NCBI RefSeq assembly: GCF_006345805.1
Contig: NC_043003.1
Coordinates: forward strand, 77,190,001 to 77,254,000
Direction of reading: 5' to 3'
Source of the DNA: Octopus sinensis
Lineage: Eukaryota
DNA length: 64,000 nucleotides
The translations under genes and the position numbers were made by a program. Below, piece by piece: positions 1 through 12,654 of this stretch; the stretch's first letter is position 1; each line of letters begins with the position of its first letter. The notes under the pieces are model-generated. The model saw only the letters and a program-made list of their open reading frames with translations, was not told where the DNA came from and ran no database searches.

Positions 1-1144
1 GCTGATGAGACAGCCAATTATTTTTCATAGTACAATTCGCCTCCGAAGTGTAGTTTTTCACTTGTCACGCATCGTGCAATTTTCTATGCTTTTCTTAACG
101 TAGGTTTCCCAATTATTTTCCACGTGTCGGTATCAATAATCGAAATGTTGCTACCACTAACTAGTTGTAATTTAATATTCACTCGGTTTACTTTTACATA
201 TATAAATTTCCTTTTTTTTATTTTGTGTCGTTTCTGCCTTCCGTTGAGAAAACTTTAGAATTTTTTATGCCCGACCTTCCTAAAGTTGCTCTGCAATGTG
301 AGCTCTTGTGCCCTATTTTTTTTTTTTTTAGCAACTGTAACTTTTTCGGGTTTTAAAAGGACACCCCTTCTTGAAATATAGACCACCACATCCGTAGCAT
401 GGGTTGGTCCTAACATTTTTTCTACTCCTTCCCGGTCGACATGCCTGTATTTGTGAGAAATCCTTCTCTTCAATCTTTTTTAACGTCCTGTCGCAAGTAT
501 GTATACCATTAATTGAAACTCATCTGCAACTCTCTGCAGAGTTAAATTCTGGTCCGCTTGCTCAAGTTTTGTAAGAATTCTTGTACGTCTCTCAACATAT
601 TTGTTTGCCGTCAGCCTGTGTACAAAAATGAGGCACTTAAACATATCAGGAGTTAGTTTCTTCAGTTTAAGCCTTTCGCAAATTCTGTTTACGGTCCCGG
701 TATACGTAAAAAAGTCTTCATCTTCTTTTTTAACTAGATTCCAACACTCCCATCGAGTGTTAAATTAGGAACTATTATCACTGAACATTTTTGTTAGTAA
801 TTCGGTTGTTTTGGGGGTAGTATAAAATTACAATATTTTTCCTGTTCTTACGGAGCTAATTTACATAATAATAGTCTTACTTTTTCCTCGTCCGTTCACA
901 ACTTGCAGTCTTCCTTAAAGATTTCTTTGTACCTTCTGAAGTACGCCGCAAACGTTATAACTTCCTTTGAGTTATAATTGAATTCTATTTCACCGTCTGG
1001 TGAAAACGAACTTACATTGTTTTCGGCCTTTTAAAAACATAGCTCCATTAACTGTTGTTGTTTTTCTTGTTGCTCTAGTAGTTGTCTCTGAAACTCTTTT
1101 TGCTGTTTTTGCAACTGAATTATAGAAGCTAATAGGTCTTCCAT
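1..1144 (-). pseudogene. Decayed Ty3/Gypsy (K02A2.6-like) gag and aspartic protease; runs off the left edge of the window
   Basis: Manual minus-strand translation from ATG at 1144 gives MEDLLASIIQLQKQQ...TFAAYFRRYKEIFKEDCKL*TDEEKVRLLLCKL, then ...LTPDMFKCLIFV...RILTKLEQ, then a protease-like IKLQLVSGSNISIIDTDTWKIIGKPTL (degenerate LDTGS). Several stops and frameshifts. Confidence 0.8.
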
Positions 1145-1197
1145 AATTAACAACTTTCTATCAGAAAAATTTGTTAACTGACCTGCATGGGCTTCGA

Positions 1198-1214
1198 ATC
1201 CTCGTAGCTAATAT
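1198..1214 (-). promoter_or_regulatory. Degenerate primer-binding-site-like motif
   Basis: Minus strand ATATTAGCTACGAGGAT immediately after the LTR end (...CAACA) resembles the TGGCGACGAGG-type Gypsy PBS. Confidence 0.5.
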
Positions 1215-1462
1215 TGTTGCATCGCCAATTGTTATGGCGATATACTTTTACACTATAAAATATATAACGACGTAACAATCCAACAAACTCTCCACGAACT
1301 ATACACGAACCAACTAACGATATTCCGACAAATAACAAAACGACACCTTACGACTTCCTGTGCTTAACGGCTGCTCTTTCTCTATCTCACTCGGTCCGCT
1401 ATTGTTTATAGTTGATCGGTCAGTTTATTCTCGCAGGTGGTGTCGTGACTCTCCCCACAACA
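1215..1462 (-). mobile_element. 5' LTR (248 bp) of the Gypsy element
   Basis: Bounded by TGTTG...CAACA inverted termini and lies directly upstream of the PBS-like motif and gag. Confidence 0.7.
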
Positions 1463-2520
1463 ATGATAATAATCTTTTCATTATTGGCCACAAGGGTCGA
1501 ACACAAAATGGTGGGGAGTTCCACTCAGGGCAACTCAAGAACTCCACACATTCTGGTCACCCCGACCGCTAACAGTGCCCCAGGCACACACCTCTCTCCT
1601 CCTCATCCTATCCGGTGTATGTTCAGAGTAGGCCCATTCACACGGCTCATCTGCATCACATTCACCCACCTTTCAACGAAAATACTGAGGGGAAGCACTC
1701 CTCTCTCTACACTCACTTTCCTTTTCAAATGGACTTTGAAAAAGTCGATGAGATTCATGGCCGAAGAGTTGAATATCTGTCATCAGTCCTTTCAACCTCA
1801 TCCACCACACCACTTCTCTCGCCGTAACCACCAGACAAAGAAAAACTACCTTTCCTTCTCGGCCAAAAGAAAGCTCCAGTGCGATCCTCACTATGGACTT
1901 GGCTGATAACCGGATCCGTCCTGCACGCTTCAACAGCTGTTCGACAAAGCTCCACAATGCCTGGACACTGGACGGGTGCTTACAGAACAGCTTCATCACC
2001 TTGCGTACACCTCTGACAGGTCTGGTTGATAGTACTTTTGTGCCTGTAGAGCTTCTCTCGAACAGGATGCGCTCCCCTGTAAGCAAGGGAATTCCCGAAA
2101 TTATACATTGGTCCCGGCCTGAAAGTCCTCCAGAAAAGACCACCAAATTTATTCCCCACGACGACCAGAGCTTTCCCGAGTATGTTATCGCTTTTGCGCG
2201 TCACTAATCCCCTATAGAACGCCAATTTGGAACTTCCACTGAACACATTGCTCGACTTGCAGATGGCCATGAGTGCTTACTAACACTCCAGGCGCAAAAC
2301 TGCTTTTCTCTGTCTTCGTTTAATCCAAGACATTAGCTCCGTCAATAAGCCAAGCTTCTGAAACTCCTATCTGACAAACGACGACCACACTTGCTCACCG
2401 TTAAGAAAATGCTCGAGTTGTTGCAGTATCATTAGCCATGGTATGCCCAGTAACAACTTCCTTCAGGTGAAGTAGAATCGTCGTAAAAATTGATATGGGA
2501 TCAGTGTAGAGGTGCTACCC
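1463..2520 (-). mobile_element. Diverged Tx1/L1-clade LINE 3' fragment (ORF2 C-terminus and 3' UTR)
   Basis: ORFs 1980-2270 and 1673-2146 (KLAFYRGLV...PGPMYNF...PVREKLYRH...TCQRCTQGDE; LWSFVEQLL...GRIRLSA) align by eye to the C-terminus of the ORF at 5004-6473. The 3' end resembles those at 4601 and 9255. Confidence 0.85.
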
Positions 2521-2539
2521 CACATTACATCCGATAAGA

Positions 2540-3450
2540 TCCACAAGATTTCAGACCCCATTCGCCTTCCGAGAGAGGCGAAGCTGCATGTTACGGTTAC
2601 GTGGGGAGACAGGCCACTTGAGAGCTTTCTGCCCCCAACACACTAAAATCTAACATAAATTTACCATCTGTGGAATTCCTGAGATCTTTATCCTCAATGT
2701 CTATATCTCTATTTTGCGCTCCGACAGGGAACCGCACTCAAATGCCCGCCAGCTGCCCAAAATATGATAGGATGTTGGGCATTATCACGTTCAGTGCACC
2801 TTCCACATTTGCTTGACTAACCGTCTCCAGCCGCTTTGTGTTTATGGAAACACGTTTACAAATTGCGGTTTTTTTGTGCTTTTCTGCCAACAACGCGGTG
2901 GTAGGGTGCATGGCAATGTCTGCTCGCGCTTTTTCTCGCCTTATCGGTTTGGCCACTTGGGTCATACATAAATCTTTCTGTAGGATATCAATCCTGTATA
3001 GATTTGTCTCTTTCGCAGCTGTTGCTGCAAATGTATTGTTAATGTTGCTGATGATCTTTTTTGATGTCATTAATTATGACGCTTATTGTTATCTTTTATG
3101 ATTTGGTCTGAACGAAGGGGCTGTGGCCATAGCCTTAGCAGCTCTAAAGAGACTGAGTCTCCTCTAACGAGTGCAAGTTGATAACTAAAGGGAAAATACG
3201 AGGAAGGGTAATTCCATTGGTCTTTTCATTTACCTTTATCTTTCTTGATTTAATCTTTACACATCAAACATACATCAAACTCACAAATATATATACACGC
3301 GCAATTTTACTTAAACAAACTCACTAACAACTTTCTGGGGTTTTTTTCGGCTTTTTTTATTGCCTGGACTATTGAGACTATTGCAATAAGAACAATTCTC
3401 AGAGAAGCTCAGGTGAAGCTAACAATGGTGTTTTGCTCTGACGTATGGAA
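2540..3450 (-). mobile_element. Possible LINE 5' UTR / ORF1 remnant
   Basis: ORF 2738-3070 and downstream frames (ISGIPQMV...VGGRK) loosely resemble Tx1 ORF1; contiguous with the Tx1 3' fragment. Weak. Confidence 0.3.
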
Positions 3451-3962
3451 TGGCTCTGACACTTCGCACACGATTATAATCTATTAAAAATACTCTACAT
3501 CCTCGTAAAGAATTCTGTAAATTATTGCTTCAGAGTAAATATGTATCCTAACACGACAACATAACTATGGTATCTGCCATGTACCAGGCAGTCATTTTAC
3601 CATAATACCAAACAATTTCTGCTAAATAAATTTGTAAAAATATCACCTAAAAACGTTTTATTGGTATAAGTTATCAGAACTACCAACTCCCTATCACATG
3701 AGGGTTATAGTTTATTTCGTAGCTACTCGGCTACAAACAGACAACCCATTAACTCAGTACAGTATCACATTGCAATTTGATGTTTATGATTAGAGCAAAC
3801 ACAAAGAACCTGAAAACCAATTAGCTATAAAGCCCACGCTTAACATAAGGTTATAAATATAAATTTATATAAAGTATATTTACGAGGAGAGTTTGGCTTA
3901 ACCCCCGTAGTAAAACTTATCTCTTTATGTTGCTGCCACTGTCCAGCAGTGCTTATAAGTAT

Positions 3963-3964
3963 CT

Positions 3965-3997
<33 letters not shown>

Positions 3998-4058
3998 CAT
4001 GCATGTATCTGTGTATATATATATGCATGTATATAGATATATATACGAATATATAGTG

Positions 4059-4127
<69 letters not shown>

Positions 4128-4128
4128 T

Positions 4129-4198
<70 letters not shown>

Positions 4199-4250
4199 CA
4201 TATATATGTAGTATGTGTGTGTTTAAGATATTTTTATATATGAGTATGAT
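3963..4250. repeat. (AT)n-rich microsatellite
   Basis: Direct reading. Confidence 0.95.
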
Positions 4251-4267
4251 TTATGCTTAAAATATTG

Positions 4268-4485
4268 ATTTCAAATTTTGGTACAAGGCCACCAATTTCG
4301 AGATAGGGGGTAAGTCGATTACGTCGACCCCAGTGCTCATTTCCTACTTTCTTATTTTATCGACCCTGAAAGGATGAACGGCAAAGTCAACCTCGGCGGA
4401 AATTGAACTCAGAACGTTAAGTCGAACGAAATACCACTAAGCATTTTGCCCAGCATCGTAACGATTCTGGCAGTTCGCTGCCTTT
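4268..4485 (-). mobile_element. tRNA-derived SINE, family B (ggcggcgagctggcagaa...gttctgagttcaaattccgccgaggtcgac...)
   Basis: Reverse complement matches the family seen at 12655, 13560, 43625 and 61515; B-box-like GAGTTCAAAT. Confidence 0.8.
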
Positions 4486-4571
4486 AATTTTTTTTTCATG
4501 CTTCAAATATTAACAGCTCAGTTTATAGGTAATTGACATTTGTCATTGAATGGTTGATTGGCAGGTAAATG

Positions 4572-4600
4572 GATAGATAGATTAGATAGATAGATAGATA
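4572..4600. repeat. (GATA)n tract at the 3' junction of the Tx1 LINE
   Basis: Direct reading. Confidence 0.9.
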
Positions 4601-7600
4601 TGTTTCTTTATTAGCCACACAGGGCTGCACACAGATAGAACAAATTACAAGGTAGAGCTTTTCTTTTGAAGGTTTTAAAAAAAAAAAATAATAATAATAA
4701 TAATAAAATAACAAATAAAATAAAATAAAAAAGGGGGGGTCGATCAAAAGGGATCGTAAAAGGAGAGAAAGAGGACAAAACAAGGGGGGGGTTAAAAAAA
4801 GGGGGAGAGGAAAAAAATTGATCAATAGGGATCGTTATCACAGAAATGTCAATATGAAGTGTAAAGGGGAGGACAGGTGAGGTTTACCCGTGGAAAGAAA
4901 AGCCTACGGAAAAGACCACGGTAACCTCGGTCAATGAAGTCACATGTTATATTTCTTTTTTTTTTTTTGCAAATAAGCAACTCTCCGTATTAATTTTTAC
5001 GGTTCATAGAATCATAGTCAAGGTGGCTTCGTCATTCATACGTGCCATCCTTGCTACATTCACCCATCTTTTTTTAAAACATTCACTAGACAAAACTTGC
5101 CTCTCTACTCTCACTTTTTTCTTCAAGTGATACTTGAAGAAGTTGATGAGAGATTGACCAGAGAGGAAAGTGTTTGTCTCTAATCCTTTCAGACGCGTCC
5201 ACCAGATACATTCTTTCGCCATAGCCACAAGTATGATAAAAATAGCTCTTCCTTCCCGTTTGAAGGAAGGAGGCGTGACGATATTAACGATAGACTCGGC
5301 TGATAAACCGACACGTCCCACACGTGACAGCAGTCGTTCGACATAAGCCCACAGGTGGGAAATTGCTGGACACTGCACGATTGCGTGCAGAGCGGTTTCG
5401 TCGCTCTGCCCGCATCTCGGGCAGGTCGGCCCCGTGTTTCTCGAGCCATGCCTATAGAGCTTATCCCGAACGGGTAGCGCTTCTCGGTAGCACCGCCAGG
5501 CCAGGGATCTCTGGAAGTTGTCCATAGGTCCCGGGCCGAAAGTCGTTTGAAACAGGCGGGTCAGGTATTCCTCGTCGACGCCCATGTTTGCCCCGAGCTC
5601 GTCGTCGTACCTCCCCTCCACTAATCCCCTATAGAATGCTTTGGTTGTGTTGAAGTCACTCAAGGTCGACCCGGGACGGCAGAGTTGCTTGAGAGCAACG
5701 CGACACTCGCGGTGCCATTCGCCCTTCTTCGGCCTCTTTTTGATCCACGACTGTAGTTCGGTCATGGAGACGAGTTGCGGGAATGCGTGCCTCACAAACG
5801 GCGACCACACCTGTTCACCGTCGTCTACATAGAGCCGGAGATGTCGCAGTCTCAGCGCGTGTCTGCGCATCATCAACCACGGCATGCCCAGCCCTCCTTT
5901 TAACGGGTGTTGACAGCAAATGGATCGCCTGACCATCGGGACGCATCCTTTCCACAAGAAGCGGAAGAGGATGCGTTCTAGTTTGGTGATGGTAGGGTCG
6001 GGACAAGGTACGACGGTCAGGCGGTAGTAGATGATGGACGCGATGTACGCGTTCACCACCTCCGCCCGACCTTTTAGGGACAGTTTCCTCTCGGCCCATT
6101 GCTGGGCGAGAGTGACCACCCTACTCGTTATCTCGTTCCAGTTCTTCTCCATTTGGAGGTCCGGACCGAACCAGACCCCGAGCAACTCAACCGGGCCGTC
6201 TGTCCAGCGTCCCACGACGGAGGTACTGGTGGACGGCATGGGCTTGCTTCTCCAGGTGCCGAGCCGCAAGCCCACTGACTTTTCCCGGTTGATTTTTGCT
6301 CCTGTCACCGCTTCGTAGTCTTTCAGTGTCTCGCCGACCCGCTCGATGTGCTCGTGGCTTGACACTATGACGGTGACGTCGTCCGCGTATGCAGACACGC
6401 TCGTCCCGCATCCTAATTCTCGCGGGATGCCCCTCAGAGTCGCCAGCTTCCGCAGTAGTGGCTCAAGAGTCAATACGTATAGAAGCGCCGAGAGGGGGCA
6501 TCCCTGACGACCGAACGTGCAATGTCGAAGGGTCTCGATAGATGTCCATTTACGCGAATTACCGAACGGATGCCCCTGTACAAGGCAGCTATCCAGCCGC
6601 GGAAGACGGGACCGAAACCAGCCGCTCTCAGGACTGCCTCCAAGTATCGATGGTCTACCCTATCAAAGGCTTTCGATTGATCCAAGTTGATCAGGGCCCC
6701 ACCCATGCCAGGTTCGTTAACTACCCTGTCTATGATGTAGCGCATCAGATGGAGGTTGTCATGGATGCTCCGGCCCGGCACGGCGCACGTTTGTGCGTTG
6801 TCGACCAGTTTCTCCATGACAAGCGCCAACCTCTTGGCTAACACCTTTGTCAAAATTTTCAGGTCTGCATTGAGCAGAGTGATTGGCCTAAAGTTATCTA
6901 TAATGTTTCCCTTGTTTGGATCTTTCTTCAGCAGAGTTACAGCTCCTCGACTCACAAAATCGGGTATGCTCCCGTTTTGCTGCCAGTTGCAGTATACCGC
7001 TGCCAAGACGTCTCCAAACAAGTCTGGCATACAATAGTAAAATTCGTAGGGTAGACCATCCAAACCCGGTGATTTGTCCCTCGAGCATTCTGCCATCGCT
7101 TCCCGCACTTCCGCCGCCGTGATGGCACCTTCGCAGCACCCTGCCTTTCTTGTCGAGAGTCGTGGCAGGCTATGTAGGTAGGCACTGAAGTCTACCCTAC
7201 GTTCTTGCCCTCCACTCGTCCCGAACAGTCGGGCAAAATGCTGCTGAAAGGCCTCACACATTTTACTTGGCTCGAGCAATTCGCGCCCCTGTTCATCTAC
7301 CAGTGACCGAATGGTGGCTTTGTTGCCCTGTTGCGCCTCTGCCACCCGGGCCTCTCTCGCGGCTCCAACACCTTCGTTCCTTAGAGCACGCATCCTAGCT
7401 CTGACAGCACATCCTTCGTGTTTGGCGTTGAAGTGTTGGTCGAGGGCCAACCTCGCCGCCAAAACGTCGGATGCGATGCCGCTTCTAATTGCCCCTTCTA
7501 GCTTCTTAACTAGCTCACCCTCTACTCTATTTCTATCTATGGCTAGTGCTTTGCTGTACCTAATCGCTTCTGCTTTTACTGCTCTCTTGAGGGCAAACCA

Positions 7601-7945
7601 CCATTTGTTGTTGATGATGGCTCCCGTCAAAGCCCTCTTTACTAGTGTGCTAATCCGGTCTCTGAAAACTTGTCTGGACGGGAATGATGCGTTCAGTTTC
7701 CAGTACCCAGGACCCTGTCTATGTGCCTTATCTAAGTCTAGCGTACACGTCACCAATTTGTGATCCGTGTAGCTGACTGTGTGGAATTGTGGACATCCTA
7801 AGTTATCCTTGTCTACTGTCCTACACAGTATCCTATCTAGATACGATCTCGACGACCCACTGCGGTTGCTCCATGTCCACGTTGGTGCATTTGGGTGGTC
7901 GAGTCGGTACCTGTCGACCACCCAAATGCACCAACGTGGACATGG

Positions 7946-7946
<1 letters not shown>
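4601..7946 (-). mobile_element. Tx1/L1-clade non-LTR retrotransposon, 5'-truncated within the AP endonuclease domain, about 3.35 kb
   Basis: EN C-terminal motifs (TWTWSN...SYLDRIL...TDHKLV); RT motifs (KSPGLDG, FRPITLLN, DQSKAFDRV, QGCPLS, YADD); C-terminal CPRC...H...C zinc knuckle; 400-bp 3' UTR. Confidence 0.95.
5004..7913 (-). pseudogene. Tx1 ORF2 (partial EN, RT, zf-RVT) with a single frameshift near 6510
   Basis: ORFs 6470-8083 and 5004-6473 join if one C is restored in GTC(C)GTCAGGGA, giving SVRQGCPLSALLYVLTLEP. Confidence 0.9.

Positions 7947-7947
<1 letters not shown>

Positions 7948-8002
<55 letters not shown>
7948..8002. repeat. (GATA)n tract at the 5' junction of the Tx1 LINE
   Basis: About 14 GATA units read directly. 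Confidence 0.95.
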
Positions 8003-8469
8003 GATGATGTGAAAGACGTTATTTATGTAGCCGTTGCATTTCTTATTTCCATACCAAAAAAAAAATGCATTGACTACTGTCATAAAAGAGTTAACATGTG
8101 ATCTACCGATTTACAGAAAATATAGTGTGTTATAAATCATGTTCTTTTAATAGAAGAGAATCTAGGAATGTCTAAAAGAAAATAATAAATAATAAAATGT
8201 CTAAACTAAATTCCTATCAACTTGAAGTTTCCTGAAACTTCAAGAAAAAAAATCGAAACCATCAAATGTTCTTGATTTAGCAATTCAAATTTTTACAGAT
8301 TTTATAGATTCTGTTCTGGTTGTCGGCTTTCTTCTTTATTTTATATATTATTTATTTTTCGTGATGGTGGCGATGGAGATGAGTTATTAGGTAAGAAATG
8401 CAAATTATATTCTATGGCGCATAAACTATATGCATCTATACAGTCAGATATAAATACATATGAATACAA

Positions 8470-8498
8470 GCACACATACTCATGTATATATATACATG

Positions 8499-8576
<78 letters not shown>

Positions 8577-8810
8577 GCATATATATATATACGCACACAC
8601 ATATATACATAAGTATATATTCATGCATATATGTAAACGCACGCACACATATATACATACAAACACACACACATATATATGTGTATATATATATATATAT
8701 ATGCATATGTGTGTGTATATATACATGTGATGTGTGTGTATACTTCTATTATATGTATATACATGTATGTATGTATATATGCTTGTATTTATGTATTTAC
8801 GTACATAAGC
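8470..8810. repeat. (AT)n/(AC)n compound microsatellite
   Basis: Direct reading. Confidence 0.9.
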
Positions 8811-9254
8811 ACCGCGTATTACTGTGATGGCTCCATACATTTGTAGAATCTATTGACTCCATCATAATATTTGCGGCTATGAAAGGCACAAAGACAGAAA
8901 TTTGGTCGGTCGGTCGGGACTAGTCGATACCATCGACATCAATGCTTTATTCAGAAGTTATTTTATCGAGCCCGAAAAAATGAAAGCCAAAACTGGGTTC
9001 GGCGAGGCTTGGGCAAATACCGCGAAGCAAGAAAAATACTGAGGCATTTTTCAGACACTCGTAATTCTATGAGTTCATAACCCTACAAAATATTTGCCTC
9101 TTAGCAAGGATTATCAGGAAGGTTCTAAGCCCTTGAAAGACTGCTGAAGACGTGTAACCTAAGGTTACAAGTAGTAACCCGCCACCCACATTAGTCATAC
9201 CAGGAATAAGATCAGACCTGAGCTTTGTTTCTATAATAATAATAATTATTATTA

Positions 9255-10815
9255 TTATTTCATTTATTTGCCACAAGGGCGTAGGATGAGGGGAAACAAT
9301 ACAAAGACAAACATAAAGTGTGGGGGATTTACTTATAATGAAATGATAAAAAACTGTATATATGTATGGTATACACAAAAAAGAAGGGACATATGCATAG
9401 CATACAAAGTTTAAAAAAAAAGGTTGTGGTGAGAATGGTGTGACCCTCCTGATACAGGAAGGCCTCTAGGGATAATCGAGGAAGCCCACTGTCCGAGATT
9501 TTCCCTGAAACACCAAGAGCAAGTGCCCTCTCCAATTCCTTCTCTCCGACTCACAAGTCTACACTTAGAGAGAAACCATCCACTCTTGCCATTTTTGCAA
9601 CTTTCACCAGCGTTTCAATAGACTCACTTGGAGACAGCACTTCTCTCTCCACACTCAATTTCCATTTCAATTCAATGAGAGCTCTACCAAAGAGGAACGT
9701 ATCTGTCCACCAAAGCCTTTCAGCCTTGTCCAACAAACAATTTCTTTCGCCATCGCCACCAGGCACAGGAAACTGCTTTGCCTGCCCGATTGAAGGAGGG
9801 CGGCGGAGCGATCATCACTACAGAGTCGGTCGATAGACGGATCCGTCCCACACATGACAGCAGCTCTTCGACATAAGCCCACAAGTCAGCAATGCCCGGA
9901 CACTGATCTAAGGAGTGCAGAACGGTTTCGTCATTCTGCATGCACCTCGGCCAAAGCCATCTGACAGTACCTCCCGTGCTTGTAGAGTTTATCTCGAACT
10001 GGTAACACCCCCACCCCGGTATCACCCCCAGGCCAAGGACATCTGGAAATTATCCATGATAGTTCCTGACCGGAAAGTTCTCCGGAATACACTAGCCAGT
10101 TCGTTCTCGTCGGCGCCCTATATCCCTGAGAATGTCGTCGCGCTTCCCCGCTACTAGTCTTATATAAATTTCTAAAGCGGAACATCCACCGATTCCATCG
10201 CCCGACTGGTAGAGGGTTGTGAGCATCTGATGCCATTATAGGTGCCAGGCGCCCAGTCACGGTCTTTTCTTCACCCAGGACTACAGCTCCTTCAAGGAGA
10301 CGAGCTGCGGAAAGACGAGCTTCACAAACGGAGCCCACACACGCTCACCGTCCAGAAATCGTTGGAGGTGATGTAACCTAAAGGCATATCTGTGCATTAG
10401 GAGTTATGGCATACTTAATCTGCCACTCAGAAGATGTTGGAAACAGACTGACCGCCTGACCATTGGAACGCGTCCCTTCCACAAGAATTTAATTAAGAGA
10501 CGCTCCAACCTGGTCAAGCAGTAACCGGAACAAGGCACGACAGTCAGGTTATAAATAATAACGGAGGTGATGTAAACATTCGCCACCTCTGCTCGGCCTT
10601 TCAGGGACAGCTTTCTCTCAGCCCAAATGACCACCCTGTTTGCCACCCTGTTCCCCCACCTTGTCCCAGTTTTTATCAACCTGGAGGTCGGGATCAAACC
10701 AGACCCCCAGTAGTTTAACTGGTCCGTTGGTTCAGCGTCCGACGCCACCGTCCGATGGCATAGTCCTGCTTCTCCAGGACCCCAACAGCAAACCCACCGA
10801 TTTGGCTGTGGTCAT
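9255..10815 (-). mobile_element. Diverged Tx1-clade LINE fragment (post-RT region to 3' UTR) with an (AAT)n-type tail
   Basis: Fragmented ORFs (WAERKLSLKGRAEVANVYI...KGRVPMVRRS; DETVLHSLDQCPGIADLWAYVE; KEIVCWTRLKG) match the 5004-6473 protein; multiple frameshifts. Confidence 0.88.
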
Positions 10816-10839
10816 TAATAATCCTTTCAACTAAAAGCA

Positions 10840-11420
10840 CAAGGCCTGAAATATGTGGGGAGGGGACTAGTCGATTACTTCGACCCCAATGTTTCACTGG
10901 CACTTAATTTATCGACCCCGAAGGGATAAAAAGTAAAGTCGACCTCGACGGAATTTGAACTCAGTACGTAGCGACGGGCGAAATACCGCTAACAATTTCG
11001 CCCGCCGTACTAGCGACTCTGCCAGCTCACCGCTTTATAATGCTTTCAAATTTTGACCGAAGGTTAGCTATTTTAGAGGAAGGGGAAAGTTGATTATATC
11101 GACCCCAGTACTTGACTAGTAAAGTCGGACGAAATGTTTATCAGCATTTCGTCCAACGTACTTACAATTCTGCCAGTTCGCCTCCTTAACGATGGTAATA
11201 ATATCCAATTCAAACACATGGCCAGCAGTTTTTTTTCTTTTTTTTTTTTGTCCATGAGTCGAAAGTAAATCGGTATCATTGACCTCAGTACATGATTGTT
11301 ACGTTAGTTTATCGATTTTTCGGAGATTAAAAATCGGCCCCGACTCGATTTGAATTCGGAACGCAAAGACCGAAAACACTGAACATTTTCCCACATACTT
11401 ATAATTCTGCAAATTAACCA
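10840..11420 (-). mobile_element. Cluster of about three family-B SINE copies
   Basis: Repeated gtcgacctcgacggaatttgaactc / tcgaccccag motifs, reverse complement of family B. Confidence 0.7.
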
Positions 11421-11426
11421 CCCTAA

Positions 11427-11476
11427 CAACAACAACAACAACAAGGATAACAATAATCACAGCAGCAACAACAACA

Positions 11477-11549
<73 letters not shown>

Positions 11550-11572
11550 CAACAACAACAACAATAATAATA
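11427..11572. repeat. (AAC)n/(AAT)n microsatellite
   Basis: Direct reading. Confidence 0.95.
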
Positions 11573-11769
11573 TATACCCCCTCAAACCAGTAAATGAGAA
11601 ATTATTTCAAGCAAAGTCTAAAGTGCTCAATAAAATTAATATAATATCGAATTCCACTAAATTCAGAACTATAAAATAATAATGTATATTGATTAATGTA
11701 CATGAAACGATGACTGAAAAAAAAATAGTTACATATATTGAATATATTTATTAAAATACATACTAGTGA

Positions 11770-11782
11770 GTGTGTGTATGTG

Positions 11783-11829
<47 letters not shown>

Positions 11830-12111
11830 ATATGTATTTATGTATAAATGTATATAAATGTAGTTTCATGATGTATAAACGCTTGTTACACAACTATATT
11901 TTGCATGCAGTGTTCATATTGATATGTAGATACATGCATCTCGATATATATATGCAAAGATATATATATATATATGCATATGTGTGTGTGCGTGTCTATG
12001 TATGCATATATATATATATACACACATATATGTACAGGGATTTATATCACATATATACGCACACATAAATATTAACGTGTGTATACACACACATATATAC
12101 ACACATATATA

Positions 12112-12144
<33 letters not shown>

Positions 12145-12460
12145 GTGTGTGTGTAGTTATATGAAAAATGTATAGGTTAAGATATGCAAATTTCTCATAT
12201 ATAAACTTATCTCTAAATTTGCAATTAATTATGCATTCAATTATATATGCAGTAATTATCTTTTTAACTATCTTATAATATATGCCATATATGCCTACGT
12301 TTATATATGAGTGTGCCCATATATAAGTGCGTGTGTGTGTATGTGTATGTGTGTGTATAATATGCATTATACATCTTAGATAATATATGTATATGCACAT
12401 ACATGTGTATATATTTATGTGTGTGCGTGTGTGCGTGTGTGTGTGTTTATATGTATGTAT
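11770..12460. repeat. (GT)n/(AT)n low-complexity tract
   Basis: Direct reading. Confidence 0.85.
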
Positions 12461-12654
12461 ATGAAGCAAGTTTATTTTTTCGTTTTTAGTGCTTTTGAAT
12501 TTCTCTTTCAATAACTTTTTAAATAGAACAACACTTAAAAGTTAGGAGACAAAATCTTACGTAGTAATACAAGTGAATCAACAATTTCTACCAAATATTC
12601 GGCAATTATTTACGTGTACTTTGTTTTTCTGTCCCTGACGTTATTTTTTCTTCT

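Noticed and set aside
7914-8083. N-terminal extension of the 537-aa ORF (MTVVNAFF...IYLSIYLS)
   Set aside because: Read-through of the GATA tract, unique flank and fold-back arm; not part of the LINE protein.
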